A stretch of DNA of 64,000 bases, taken from NCBI GenBank assembly GCA_019057865.1, contig JAHLWP010000005.1, forward strand, positions 32,001 to 96,000, read 5' to 3'. The stretch comes from Promethearchaeota archaeon. Its GTDB lineage: Archaea; Asgardarchaeota; Lokiarchaeia; Sigyniarchaeales; SOKP01. The position numbers and the translations under genes were made by a program. The notes beneath the pieces are model-generated. The model did not search any database. It saw nothing but the letters and a program-made list of their open reading frames with translations, and was not told where the DNA came from. Of this stretch, positions 48,551 through 59,100 are shown one piece after another; position 1 is the first letter of the stretch; every line of letters begins with the position of its first letter.

Positions 48551-49438
48551 TTATTTTATAATAATTCCAGAGAAATATCCAACACAATAGCCAAGATTCT
48601 CTGTTATATCATACGAAGTATAATATTGTAAAAATTTTCCTGTTTTTGCATCTAAATTTTTATAAGTTAACATTAATGTAGTTATTGTGTGTTTACCACA
48701 TACACTTCTATAAGCAGCTTCAAAAGCTTTTTTGGGATTTATCTCTACAAATGCATCTATTAAATTTTGGTCTCTTTTCTTGAATTTTTCTACATCATTC
48801 GAGCTATTAACTTCCTCATGAGACATATCTGAGGATGCTATAATAACGATATCTTTATTAAAAGATTTTATCGATTTAGCAATATCATTTGAAATTTTTT
48901 CCAAGACTTCATAATTATCTCTGAATTTACTAGAAATTTTTATGGGGACTATTTGTACATCCTTATCATTAGCGCAATATTTAATGAATGGTAATTGAAT
49001 TTCAATATTATGCTCTCTTCCAAAGGGGTATCCTATAAATGCTGAATTATCTAAAATAATTGTTTCACTATTATCTAAAATTTTTTGGGCTAATTCTGAA
49101 TCTATTTTTAAATTTCCTAGAGGAGTTTCCCATTCACCTTCTTTCATTAAAGCTATTTTATCATACCCGATATGATCATTGCCCAATATTATAATTGTAT
49201 CAGGGATTTTTTCTTTGAATAAATTTAGATATGAAAATGCCGCACATCTTCCAGAATATGCATGACCGGCATGAGGCGAGACTGCTCCCATTATGGTTCT
49301 TGTTTCTTGACCTAAAGATTTTGGTTCTGTTCCAGGTCCAAATTTTTTATCTATAAAATATTTACTTAAATCCTTGATTAAATCTGATTTAGATCGAGGA
49401 TACCAACTTCCTGCGTGTATTGCGCGTCTAATTTCCAT
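48551..49438 (-). CDS. amrB: MEMO1 family protein (AmmeMemoRadiSam protein B)
   Basis: AGSWYP, PHAG..YSG, WETPLG, EHNIE.QLPF, SSDMSH, CG, VGY. Confidence 0.93.
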   Translation of the reverse strand: MEIRRAIHAGSWYPRSKSDLIKDLSKYFIDKKFGPGTEPKSLGQETRTIMGAVSPHAGHAYSGRCAAFSYLNLFKEKIPDTIIILGNDHIGYDKIALMKEGEWETPLGNLKIDSELAQKILDNSETIILDNSAFIGYPFGREHNIEIQLPFIKYCANDKDVQIVPIKISSKFRDNYEVLEKISNDIAKSIKSFNKDIVIIASSDMSHEEVNSSNDVEKFKKRDQNLIDAFVEINPKKAFEAAYRSVCGKHTITTLMLTYKNLDAKTGKFLQYYTSYDITENLGYCVGYFSGIIIK

Positions 49439-49559
49439 TTTTAATCACAATTTTTTTGATTATTACCTATGAAATAGTTAATACTGAAATTTATATAACT
49501 TCACCTAATCATTAGAAATTTGAAAGATTTAATAAATTATTTTTAATAACTCTAGACTG

Positions 49560-50162
49560 ATGAATGAAGAAAGGGAAGCTCAAATTTCGCTTGATGACAT
49601 TAAAGAAGAAGATATCCCTAAAAAAATTCCTACAAAATTTTTAAATTCAAGAGTCATTGTTTTCAATCCTTTATTTGCTTCTTATCTTTATGTAAAAAAA
49701 AATTTCTTTGGAAGTCCTTTAGGAATAAATAAACCACGCTTAGAATATTTCTCTAAGCCTTCAGAATTGTCTTTAATTGAGGCTTACTATTTGTTGAATA
49801 AGGGTGAAATCACTATTTATAATGTTAAAGAAGATAAAGATTTAAGCCCAAATGAATTTCATGAAATTGCTAAAGAGATTCATCATAAATTTGAAGAAAA
49901 ATTTATAATATACAAAGATCTAAGAGAAAAAGGCTATATTCCTAGACCAGGACTTAAATTTGGAGCAGATTTTGTTGTGTATAAGAAAGGCCCAGGATTA
50001 GAACATTCACCTTTTATTGTTCATGTACTACCACATAATTCTAAAATTACTGCCATAGATATGGTGAGAGCTGGACGGCTGGCAACCTCTGTGAGGAAAA
50101 AGTTTGTTATCGCAAATCCGTTGACAAAATCATATTATTTCTTTGAGTGGTTCAAACCTTGA
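49560..50162 (+). CDS. endA: tRNA-intron endonuclease, catalytic subunit
   Basis: LSLIEAYYL, YKDLREKGY, GLKFGADFVVY, HS, RLA.SVRKK (Y/H/K triad). Confidence 0.95.
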   Translation: MNEEREAQISLDDIKEEDIPKKIPTKFLNSRVIVFNPLFASYLYVKKNFFGSPLGINKPRLEYFSKPSELSLIEAYYLLNKGEITIYNVKEDKDLSPNEFHEIAKEIHHKFEEKFIIYKDLREKGYIPRPGLKFGADFVVYKKGPGLEHSPFIVHVLPHNSKITAIDMVRAGRLATSVRKKFVIANPLTKSYYFFEWFKP

Positions 50163-50321
50163 GAGTTAAGAGAAAGTAGTTTCATTACAATCAAGTCTAT
50201 TGTGGTTCAAACTTCAATTCTTGATTTATTTTTTCGAGAAATTCTTTTAAAATAAAAGGTTATCTGAGAACCATCATTATCTATCTTTAGAAATTAAATT
50301 TATAATGAAATATTATTTAAA

Positions 50322-51326
50322 ATGAATGAAAGTACCGAAAAGATTGAAAAAATTAAACTCTCAAAATATTTAGAAAAATATGTATCTCAAGATTTTCCTT
50401 ATAAAAATGACCTAATTGAATTAATTAAAATTATTTCCGAAGCTACAATTCCAATACGAGGATTACTTGAGAGAGGCATAACATCCCGGGAAATTCATTA
50501 TAGAATGGAAATTCCTATACCCCATGGCGATTCAATAAATATTTATGATGAGCAGCAAATTCATGAAGACATTCTCACACACTCAATAATCCTTAAAGCT
50601 TTGCAAGAAGGAGATGTAGATTTTGCATTCATTGCTTCTGAGGAGGCTGAACCTATTTTAGGTAATGGAAAATTCGGAATAACAATTGATCCTGTTGATG
50701 GTTCTTCAAATGTTGCGGTTAATAGAACAGTAGGTACAATTGTAGGAATATATTATGAAGGAAGAATACTTTGTTCATTTTATATACTTTATGGAATTTT
50801 TACAAATCTTATTCTTGCTATAGATGGAAAAGTTTCAGAATTTATTTTAGATTTAACTCCATATAGTTCAACTTTTTATCATTATGTATTTTATGGATAT
50901 TTATCCATGCCTAACAGAGAAGAGGGTGGGATTCGTGCAATGGGAGGCAATTCTTCACAATGGTCCAATAAATGCAGGAAATATAAACAATTATTAATTG
51001 AAAACCATTTTAAGGACAGATATAGCGGAAGTTTTGTTGGAGATTTTCATGCTGTTTTATATTACGGAGGCATTTATTCATACTTCCCTTGTCCAAAAGG
51101 TAAGATACGTTTGTATTATGAATGGGTTCCTCTTGCGTTTATTGCAAGAGCTTTAGGAGGAGACTTTTTAATAATTGGTGAAGGTACTCAGCTTGATGAG
51201 ACTAAGAATATGGAAGATATTGAACCTCTAACAAGAGAAAATATTCATAGAAATCATGCTATTACATGTGGAGGGCTTATCGGAAGTAAACAAGTAGTAA
51301 ATTGGTTTAAAAATATAAAATCTTAA
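50322..51326 (+). CDS. fbp: Fructose-1,6-bisphosphatase class I
   Basis: ASEE, DPVDGSSN, VGTIVGIY, RYSGSFVGDFH, GKIRLYYE. Confidence 0.9.
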   Translation: MNESTEKIEKIKLSKYLEKYVSQDFPYKNDLIELIKIISEATIPIRGLLERGITSREIHYRMEIPIPHGDSINIYDEQQIHEDILTHSIILKALQEGDVDFAFIASEEAEPILGNGKFGITIDPVDGSSNVAVNRTVGTIVGIYYEGRILCSFYILYGIFTNLILAIDGKVSEFILDLTPYSSTFYHYVFYGYLSMPNREEGGIRAMGGNSSQWSNKCRKYKQLLIENHFKDRYSGSFVGDFHAVLYYGGIYSYFPCPKGKIRLYYEWVPLAFIARALGGDFLIIGEGTQLDETKNMEDIEPLTRENIHRNHAITCGGLIGSKQVVNWFKNIKS

Positions 51327-51355
51327 ATAACTCTTATTTTTAACATATAAATAGC

Positions 51356-51799
51356 TTAATATTTGATCACATTGCCACATGCAGGACATTTGGTAACAAA
51401 ATTTGGAACAATAATTCCACATTTGTCACATTTACGAATTATAGGTTTTCGATACTTAAAGTTTAGATTTACTGGTTTTATTTTTCTCTCCTGAGGTTTA
51501 ATTTTTTCAGATTCTGTTTTATAAAGTTTCTTTTCTTCTTCATAACTATAAATAGATTTCTTATCTCTTTTTGGGAATAATCGGGAATAAAAACTTGCCT
51601 TAGTAGTGCTAATTAATGGTCCAAGTACAAGGATGAATGCAAAAAAGAGGATTAAGAAAGAAATTAAAGGATTTATACCGATTTTATTTAGTAGAAAATA
51701 AATATAGATAAGAATCCCAATATAAAAAATCAATATGAGAAACCGAATAATCATTCCATTCTGAGAGATTTTTCTCTCTTTATTATTAACATTTGTCAT
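51356..51799 (-). CDS. 2-TM membrane protein with C-terminal zinc ribbon
   Basis: Two hydrophobic helices; CDKC...CPAC. Confidence 0.8.
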   Translation of the reverse strand: MTNVNNKERKISQNGMIIRFLILIFYIGILIYIYFLLNKIGINPLISFLILFFAFILVLGPLISTTKASFYSRLFPKRDKKSIYSYEEEKKLYKTESEKIKPQERKIKPVNLNFKYRKPIIRKCDKCGIIVPNFVTKCPACGNVIKY

Positions 51800-51845
51800 A
51801 TATTTAAATTTAATTAACTTTGAGGGATATGATTATTATTTTAAA

Positions 51846-54104
51846 TTAAAAAAATTTATTAGAGATATATTGTATTGCTTCTTCTAAATCCTCTTTAGTT
51901 TTCTTAGTCTCTATTTCTTTTTCTATTTCTTCGAATATCACATCTTTTTCAGCCTCAGTTTGAAAAATTATTACTGAAAAAATATCATCCATATAGAATG
52001 GAAAGAATTCAGTACCTGAACCTTGAAAAAATTTCGAGAAAAACTCATAAAAAGTTAATCTAATAGAGTTTATGAAAACCAGTAGACCTTCGATTAAAAT
52101 CACTACAGCATTACCAAAGATTAATCCTAAAACTCTGAAAATTTCGATAAGTATTCCTTCTCCTTGAAGTATGTCTACCATTGCTTGAATGGCGATCAAT
52201 AAAGAAATATGCGCTAATGCTAATGCTAATAATCGAATGTAAGAAGCAACATTACTCATAATAGATAATACAGTTTCAAAAGCTTCTATTGTACCTGTAC
52301 CCATCAAAACACCAAAAGATTCATCTTTTAAATAAGTTATCCCTATTAATCTCCCCAATGGCTTCATTACAATTAGTAAAATACCTGGAATCAATGTCCA
52401 GAGAATTGGATAAGGGGGTTCCATCCAAGTATAGATATCAAATCCCCAAATAAAAATCAAATAAGTTCCCCCTGATAATAGAAAAATCTTCATTAAAGAA
52501 TCTGCTATGGCAATATATTTTTGTTTTTGCTTCCAATAATTTAAAAATTGAATAAACCAACCTAAATTCAATTGGATTACGCCAATCATAATGGCTGCCT
52601 TAAAAATAATCATTACATTTTCCATAGGATTGTTTAAACTAATATTTAGGAAGGGAATTATGTATGGTTTAAGAGCCATCCCAAAAATTTCCTCTGATCC
52701 GAAAAATTCTCCATATAAAATACCACCGATAACAGCACCCCATCCGCAGTAAAATATAATCCAACTCATTTTTCGCATATTACTTTTTTTAATAAAAATT
52801 CCACCTATAATTCCCGCTATAATTAAACATAAACCATGTCCAATATCTCCGAACATTAAGCCAAATATGAGAGGAAAAGTAAAAAATAAGAAAGGAGTTG
52901 GATCAATTTCTGAATATGCTGGAGTTCCATACATTTTTGTTAAGATTTCAAAGGGTCTAAACAGGAAAAAGTTTTTCATAATAGTTGGTGCTTCATTTCT
53001 TAAATCCTCTTCTTCAATTTTTTTCTCTGCCAACTGATTATTTTGATCAGTTAATTCAATTCTTTTTAATATCTTCTTTTCTACTTCAGGTGAAATTCTT
53101 TTCTTTTCACTAATAGAATGGTCTTTTGGTATATCTATTGACTCTATTATAATTTTATCTTTAAACTTTTTGATTAAGTCTTGTTCTACATCCTTTTTTC
53201 TATTAATTGGAATAAAAAATCTAAGAACTAATCTATCAGATGATATAACTTCAAATTGATGTTCTGCCCAATTATATTCTTCAATATTTTGAATAATCTC
53301 ATCAATGGCAGCAAATTTAAGTAAATTATCATCTCTTATCTGATTTTTTTCTTTTTCATATTTTCTTAAGGTATTTTCGATCATAATTAGTTCTTTATTA
53401 AATCTAGTGAAATTTACACCCTCATTTGTCAAATACTTTTTCAATATTGGGATTTCTTCTGCATGGATAAGATTTATTCGTTCGATTAAACCTTGTTCCT
53501 TATCTTTTGGATAAATAATAAAAAACACTAATCTATCCTCTGAGAGATTATAAGTTTTATAAATGTTAGGAATTGAAGAAAAATCAAAAAGAGTTTCTAG
53601 ATTTTCTATATTCTTAGTAAAAGTTGTAAATATTTTAAATTCGAGCTGATCAAAGGTTATTAAACTATTTCTTGTAATATTTAATTTCTCTAAAATTTGA
53701 TAGCTTTTTTCTAGAAAATTTACATTCTCTAATTCAATTTTAGCTCTCGCTATATACCTGTCTAATTCGTTAATACGATTCAAGTAGAAATTAATTTCTT
53801 CAGCAGTATGGTTAATTAATTCTTTTAAATCTTTTACAGCGAAATGTGTTCTCTCATCTTTTTTAACTTTTAATTCTTGGAAATTATATGCACTAATTTG
53901 TAATTTTTTAAATAAACTGTCTAGATTTTGTCTTAGTTGCTTTATTTTTTCTAATATAGGATCTTTTTCTTTTATCTTTTTTTTAGTTTTAGACAATGGT
54001 TTTATATGTACATTATTAATTTTAGAAAGTTGATTTATTAAAAGATCTTTTAAACTGCTGTTTACAGTAATCTTCAATAAACTCATCTGACTTTTTTGCT
54101 TCAT
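51846..54104 (-). CDS. atpI: A/V-type ATPase subunit I (a)
   Basis: MYGTPAYSEIDPT, FGLMFGDIGHG, SYIRLLAL (essential Arg), RLTFYEFFSKF. Confidence 0.95.
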   Translation of the reverse strand: MKQKSQMSLLKITVNSSLKDLLINQLSKINNVHIKPLSKTKKKIKEKDPILEKIKQLRQNLDSLFKKLQISAYNFQELKVKKDERTHFAVKDLKELINHTAEEINFYLNRINELDRYIARAKIELENVNFLEKSYQILEKLNITRNSLITFDQLEFKIFTTFTKNIENLETLFDFSSIPNIYKTYNLSEDRLVFFIIYPKDKEQGLIERINLIHAEEIPILKKYLTNEGVNFTRFNKELIMIENTLRKYEKEKNQIRDDNLLKFAAIDEIIQNIEEYNWAEHQFEVISSDRLVLRFFIPINRKKDVEQDLIKKFKDKIIIESIDIPKDHSISEKKRISPEVEKKILKRIELTDQNNQLAEKKIEEEDLRNEAPTIMKNFFLFRPFEILTKMYGTPAYSEIDPTPFLFFTFPLIFGLMFGDIGHGLCLIIAGIIGGIFIKKSNMRKMSWIIFYCGWGAVIGGILYGEFFGSEEIFGMALKPYIIPFLNISLNNPMENVMIIFKAAIMIGVIQLNLGWFIQFLNYWKQKQKYIAIADSLMKIFLLSGGTYLIFIWGFDIYTWMEPPYPILWTLIPGILLIVMKPLGRLIGITYLKDESFGVLMGTGTIEAFETVLSIMSNVASYIRLLALALAHISLLIAIQAMVDILQGEGILIEIFRVLGLIFGNAVVILIEGLLVFINSIRLTFYEFFSKFFQGSGTEFFPFYMDDIFSVIIFQTEAEKDVIFEEIEKEIETKKTKEDLEEAIQYISNKFF

Positions 54105-54116
54105 AATAAATAACCT

Positions 54117-54776
54117 TTAACTCGGAATATTTCCTTTTTTATAAATCAAATCCTTAGTTTTTTTTAACCGCACAAAACTCTCTCTATCTATTTCTTCTAA
54201 TTTTCCTTTTATATCTTTGATATCAAATTCAAGTTTTGGAATTATAATATTTTTTAAACCATTTAATCGACGGTTTATTTTTTTAAAATTCATTGCATTT
54301 TTTAGTAAATAATCTTCTTTTTCTGCTAAAAGAAAAAGCCTTTCGAAAAACTCTTTTAATAGAATAATTAAATCATCTAAAAAGTGGCTTGTATATTCAA
54401 ACGAATATGCAGGTAACTGTTGTTTATGCATCAAACTATAATCTATTTTAGGATTAAAAATTCCCAATTCTTTAACATATTTAATATTAATGACGGGTTT
54501 CATTTGGATTTTAGTAATACCACTAATTAGAATAAAATCTCGTTTACCCATTTCTTTATATGTTTGATTTAATTTAATCATAGATTTTCTAAAGATTGCT
54601 AAAAATTTATTTCTACTTCGGGTATAATCAAGCCATAATTTCCTTATTTGTTGTATTAATTGTTCTCTCTTATATTCTAAAAAATTCTCACCTTTTAAAG
54701 CAAAATTTAATTTTTTTTGCAATTTTATAAGATTTGTTTTTGTAAGTCTAATTTTTCTAAAGCTGATATTTAACAC
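54117..54776 (-). CDS. atpD: A/V-type ATPase subunit D
   Basis: TKTNLI, L..KR, RRLNGL...IP, LEE.DRE.F.RLK. Confidence 0.92.
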   Translation of the reverse strand: MLNISFRKIRLTKTNLIKLQKKLNFALKGENFLEYKREQLIQQIRKLWLDYTRSRNKFLAIFRKSMIKLNQTYKEMGKRDFILISGITKIQMKPVINIKYVKELGIFNPKIDYSLMHKQQLPAYSFEYTSHFLDDLIILLKEFFERLFLLAEKEDYLLKNAMNFKKINRRLNGLKNIIIPKLEFDIKDIKGKLEEIDRESFVRLKKTKDLIYKKGNIPS

Positions 54777-56165
54777 CTAATCAATATAATATTTATTCAT
54801 AAAATGTTCATGTATTCTGAATAACTGACTTCTTTGCAAATCAGATAAAATTTTCCATGCTATAGATAAAGTTTGGGAAAAATTACGATTTTCATTTCTT
54901 TGCTGATTTAAAAATTTCTGCTCAAAATTGTCTCCAAATTTCAAAAGAACTTTTTGCTCAAAATTAAGTCCTTCCTCGCCAACGATTGATATAAGATCTT
55001 TTACATCGAGATAATCAGAATAGGAAGATAATAATTGAGAGCTTACATCTGCGTGATCCTCTCTTGTTGTTTTTTTACCAATAGCATCCTTCATTAGCCT
55101 TGATATTGAAGCTAAAACTTCAATTGGAGGGTATATACCTTTCTTGTTTAAATTACGATTAAGAACTAACTGCCCCTCAGTTATATAACCCGTAGTATCA
55201 GGTACGGGGTGAGTTATCGAATCCGACGGCATTGTTAAAACTGGAATTTGCGTGATTGATCCTTTTTTCCCTTTTATTTTACCAGTTCTTTCATAAATTG
55301 AAGCGAGATCAGAATATAAATACCCGGGATATCCTTTTCTACTTGGTATTTCTTCTTTAGCAGAACCCAACTCTCTTAAAGCTTCTGCATAATTGGTTAT
55401 ATCAGTTAGAACAACAAGTACATGCATTTCTTTTTCAAAAGCAAAATATTCAGCTGTTGTTAAAGCAACCCTTGGAATAATTAATCTTTCAATAACAGGA
55501 TCGTCAGCAAAATTAATAAATGAAATAATATTTTGAATATTTCCACTCTCTTTAAAGCGATTTAAGAAAAAAATTGCTTCATCTTGAATGATTCCAATTC
55601 CACAAAAAATTATTAAGAAAGGTTCCTCTGTTAATACTTTAGCTTGAGATACGATTTGAGCAACTAATTTATTATGTGGTAATCCTTGACCACTAAATAT
55701 AGGAAGTTTTTGTCCCCTTATAAGTGTGAATAAACCATCTATTGCTGATATACCTGTCTGTATTACATCTGAAGGATATTCTCTTGCATATGGATTAATT
55801 GGAGTTCCATATATATCTTTTTCAATATCTGCTATTATATCAGATTCTTTTAGAGATTTTTTAGATAAATCAATTGGTTTACCTAATGAATCAAAGACAC
55901 GTCCAAACATATCAAAATCAGATATTTTAATTTTGAAAGAATCTTCTGTAAATAAAATATTGGAATTTTCTAAAGATAAACCTTTTGTATCTTCAAATAC
56001 TTCAACAACAATTATCTCTTCATTCATTTTTAAGACTTGACCATTACGGGTTGTTCCATCATCGCTATAGATTTTAACAATCTCACCATATTTTACATCA
56101 TGATTATTTGACAAAAATAATAAAGGTCCTATAATCTCCTGTATTTTTCTATAAATGATGCTCAT
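54777..56165 (-). CDS. atpB: A/V-type ATPase subunit B
   Basis: GPL, QTGISAIDG, RGQKLPIFSG, GYPGYLYSDLASIYER, PDTTGYITEGQ, SRLM. Confidence 0.96.
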   Translation of the reverse strand: MSIIYRKIQEIIGPLLFLSNNHDVKYGEIVKIYSDDGTTRNGQVLKMNEEIIVVEVFEDTKGLSLENSNILFTEDSFKIKISDFDMFGRVFDSLGKPIDLSKKSLKESDIIADIEKDIYGTPINPYAREYPSDVIQTGISAIDGLFTLIRGQKLPIFSGQGLPHNKLVAQIVSQAKVLTEEPFLIIFCGIGIIQDEAIFFLNRFKESGNIQNIISFINFADDPVIERLIIPRVALTTAEYFAFEKEMHVLVVLTDITNYAEALRELGSAKEEIPSRKGYPGYLYSDLASIYERTGKIKGKKGSITQIPVLTMPSDSITHPVPDTTGYITEGQLVLNRNLNKKGIYPPIEVLASISRLMKDAIGKKTTREDHADVSSQLLSSYSDYLDVKDLISIVGEEGLNFEQKVLLKFGDNFEQKFLNQQRNENRNFSQTLSIAWKILSDLQRSQLFRIHEHFMNKYYID

Positions 56166-59100
56166 TACCTCTTAATACCCCCTGATGTCAATTTTAATGA
56201 TTGAATTTCTTTAAGCAATTTATCTTTAATATTTAGAATCTGATCAAAATCACTATTAGGGACTGAATGACTAACTCTCAAAATATCATTTATAACCTCA
56301 AAGTTCTTTATATCCTCGATAAAAAAGCCTTGTTTTAAAAGTTCTTTTGTTTCATCATTCAGCAAAAGAATTAATTTTATTTGTCCTAGCAATTTTTTAA
56401 TATCGGTATAATTATCAATATTATCAAATGCGTTTTGAATAAGAAAGCCTTCTCTAATTAGTCTTGATATAAAAAGTATTAATCTCTGTTCTTCTGGTAA
56501 ATTTTCTTCTCCAATTAATTGAGTGATATTTTTTAAATCAACCTCTTTTGACAATATTTCATTAACACGATTTCTACATCCAAACCAATCAATATCAATC
56601 TCAGGCCAATCAATATCTCGCTCATAATACCATTCTGAGATGTAATCAGGATAATTGGAATATGAATCAAGCCAGTTTATTGCGGGATAATGTTTTGAAT
56701 AAGCTAAGTTTGCATCTAAAGCCCAGTACGCTTGGACAAAACGCTTAGTAGTTGCAGTTACTGGTTCGCTAAAATCTCCTGCAGGAGGAGATACAGAACC
56801 AATTATTGTTAAAGAGCCTAAATTGTCTTTTCCCGAAGCACTGTTTCCAATGGTTTTTACAACACCTGCTCTTTCATAAAAACTTGATAATTTAGAAGGT
56901 AAGTATGCAGGATAACCTTCTTCTGCTGGCATTTCTTCTAATAATCCTGAAATTTCTCTTAATGATTCTGCCCATCTTGAAGTACTATCTGCCAAAACAG
57001 CAACATTATATCCCATATCTCTGTAATATTCTGCCATTGTGACTCCAGAAAAAATACTTGCTTCACGAGCGGATACTGGCATATTAGAAGTATTAGCTAT
57101 AAGTATTATTCGCTCTAATAGAGGACGTCCACTTTTTGGATCAATTATTTTAGTAAATTCTTTTAAAACATCAGCCATTTCATTACCTCTTTCTCCACAT
57201 CCGACAAACACTATTACATCCGCATTACACCATTTAGCTAAAGACTGTTGAATTACTGTGTTATGCAATATAAAGGGTGTGATTCCTCCTATAAAATTAT
57301 GTAATCCCTCAACAGTTAAATCATATACATCTATTTCTTTATTTAAAGCCTCAATTTTAACTACTTTATCAAAATATACATTCTTGCATGTTTCTATTAA
57401 ATTTTTAATATGACATAATATTTCATTATCAAATTTTTGCTTATTTTTTATTACTAGATTATATATTCTACTAAGCATTGTGAGTGATATTTTTTCGTCG
57501 GATTCAATATAATTCCGAAGTCTTATCCCCTCTACTTTTCTAAATAAATTATAACCCTCACTATCTTTTCCCTGTGATTTCAATGTGATTAACACTTGTT
57601 TATCCACGGGGATTATATCTAATCCATCAAAATGATTTATATTTTTATCAGAATATTCATACAATGGTTTAATTTTATCATATATATACACATCTTCATT
57701 TTGCATAATATTTGCTAATTTTTCTGAATGTTTTCCTTCAATATAAAAATAATATGAATTGTTCCTTTTTTTCACCCTATATAGTATTCCAAGTCTTGAA
57801 TGTAAATAACTAAGATCACTATATAATTTCTTACTGACTGTTGAAAATCCAACAGTGTACTTATGAAACCATCCATCTCCGGCAAAATAACCATTAAAAA
57901 AATGAATTAAAATATTTTCTGGCGATTTTAATAAACAGTTTGGGATAGATATTTTGTAAGTTTTATTTTCTTTTGGAATTCCTAGGAAATATAGGAATTT
58001 AACTAGTGTTGTATTCGATATTCTCATATATGGAGTCTTGTCTTCATCTTTACCGTATTTAGCTGTTAAATCAAATATCCTCTTTGATAATAACTTAAAT
58101 CTTTCTAGTATCTGTTTCGAATTATTATAAAGATAAACCCCACCATATTCTCCCTTTATATGACCATCAGCTGTGAATAACCCTAACCATTCAGCCAATT
58201 CTTTTGTTATCTTTCTTGGAAATTTAAAAGATTTTGATTGTCTTTCAGATTTTAAAAGCCTAACATCAATTGGGGGAATTCTAGCTAGTTTAGTTAATTT
58301 TTGTAGAAATTGCAAAGTAGGTTTATTTTTTCTTTGATAATACCATCTTAAGACATCATAAGACATTTCAAGTTTTTCTGCTAATTCTTTTAGAGTCATT
58401 TTATTTTTCAATAAATTAAGGACACAAACCATTTGATTTAGAGCTTTTTTGTCGACCACACGAAGCGAAATATCAAAATCATATGGATTTAATACTATTT
58501 CATGCCCAACTATATTAATCTTTCTTGGAACGGTAATAAAATCTCCAATTTTTATACTTTTTGATTCCACTCCTTGAATTTTTTTACCATTAAAAGCAAA
58601 TAATTTATGAACTGGAGTTATCTCTATTTTTCTACCTGTCCTTGTTGTTATTCTCACTAGTTTATCAGTTTTGCCCCGATATATATGTGTGGCACTCCTT
58701 TTTTCAAAATTTATCCCGTTAAATGATAAAATGTCAATTTTTTTTCTCAATCTGATAAGGGTTTCTTCTTTATTATCTAACTCAATTATACTATCTTGTT
58801 TGCAATATCTTTTGAAAAGTTCCTTTATTTCTACAATCCCCCCATTAGATATAAGTATTGGTGTTTCTCCTGTAATACACTTTCCTGTTCCAAAACCTCC
58901 AGGCACAGCAACAGTACCACCCATTGCTATAGGAAACAATAAATCAATAGTTCTTATTCCTGTGTATAATGGTTGGTTGGGAGAAATTCTATTCAAATAA
59001 GGTCTATTTGTAGTTACTGGCCATTTCTGCATCATGTTTAATGCTACTTCATTCTTCCCATTCTTTAACCTGTAAATTTCATCAATGATAGTACAGTCCC

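Noticed and set aside
50140-50225. GGTTCAAA as part of a tRNA gene
   Set aside because: No acceptor, D or anticodon stems can be built; the context is AT-rich.
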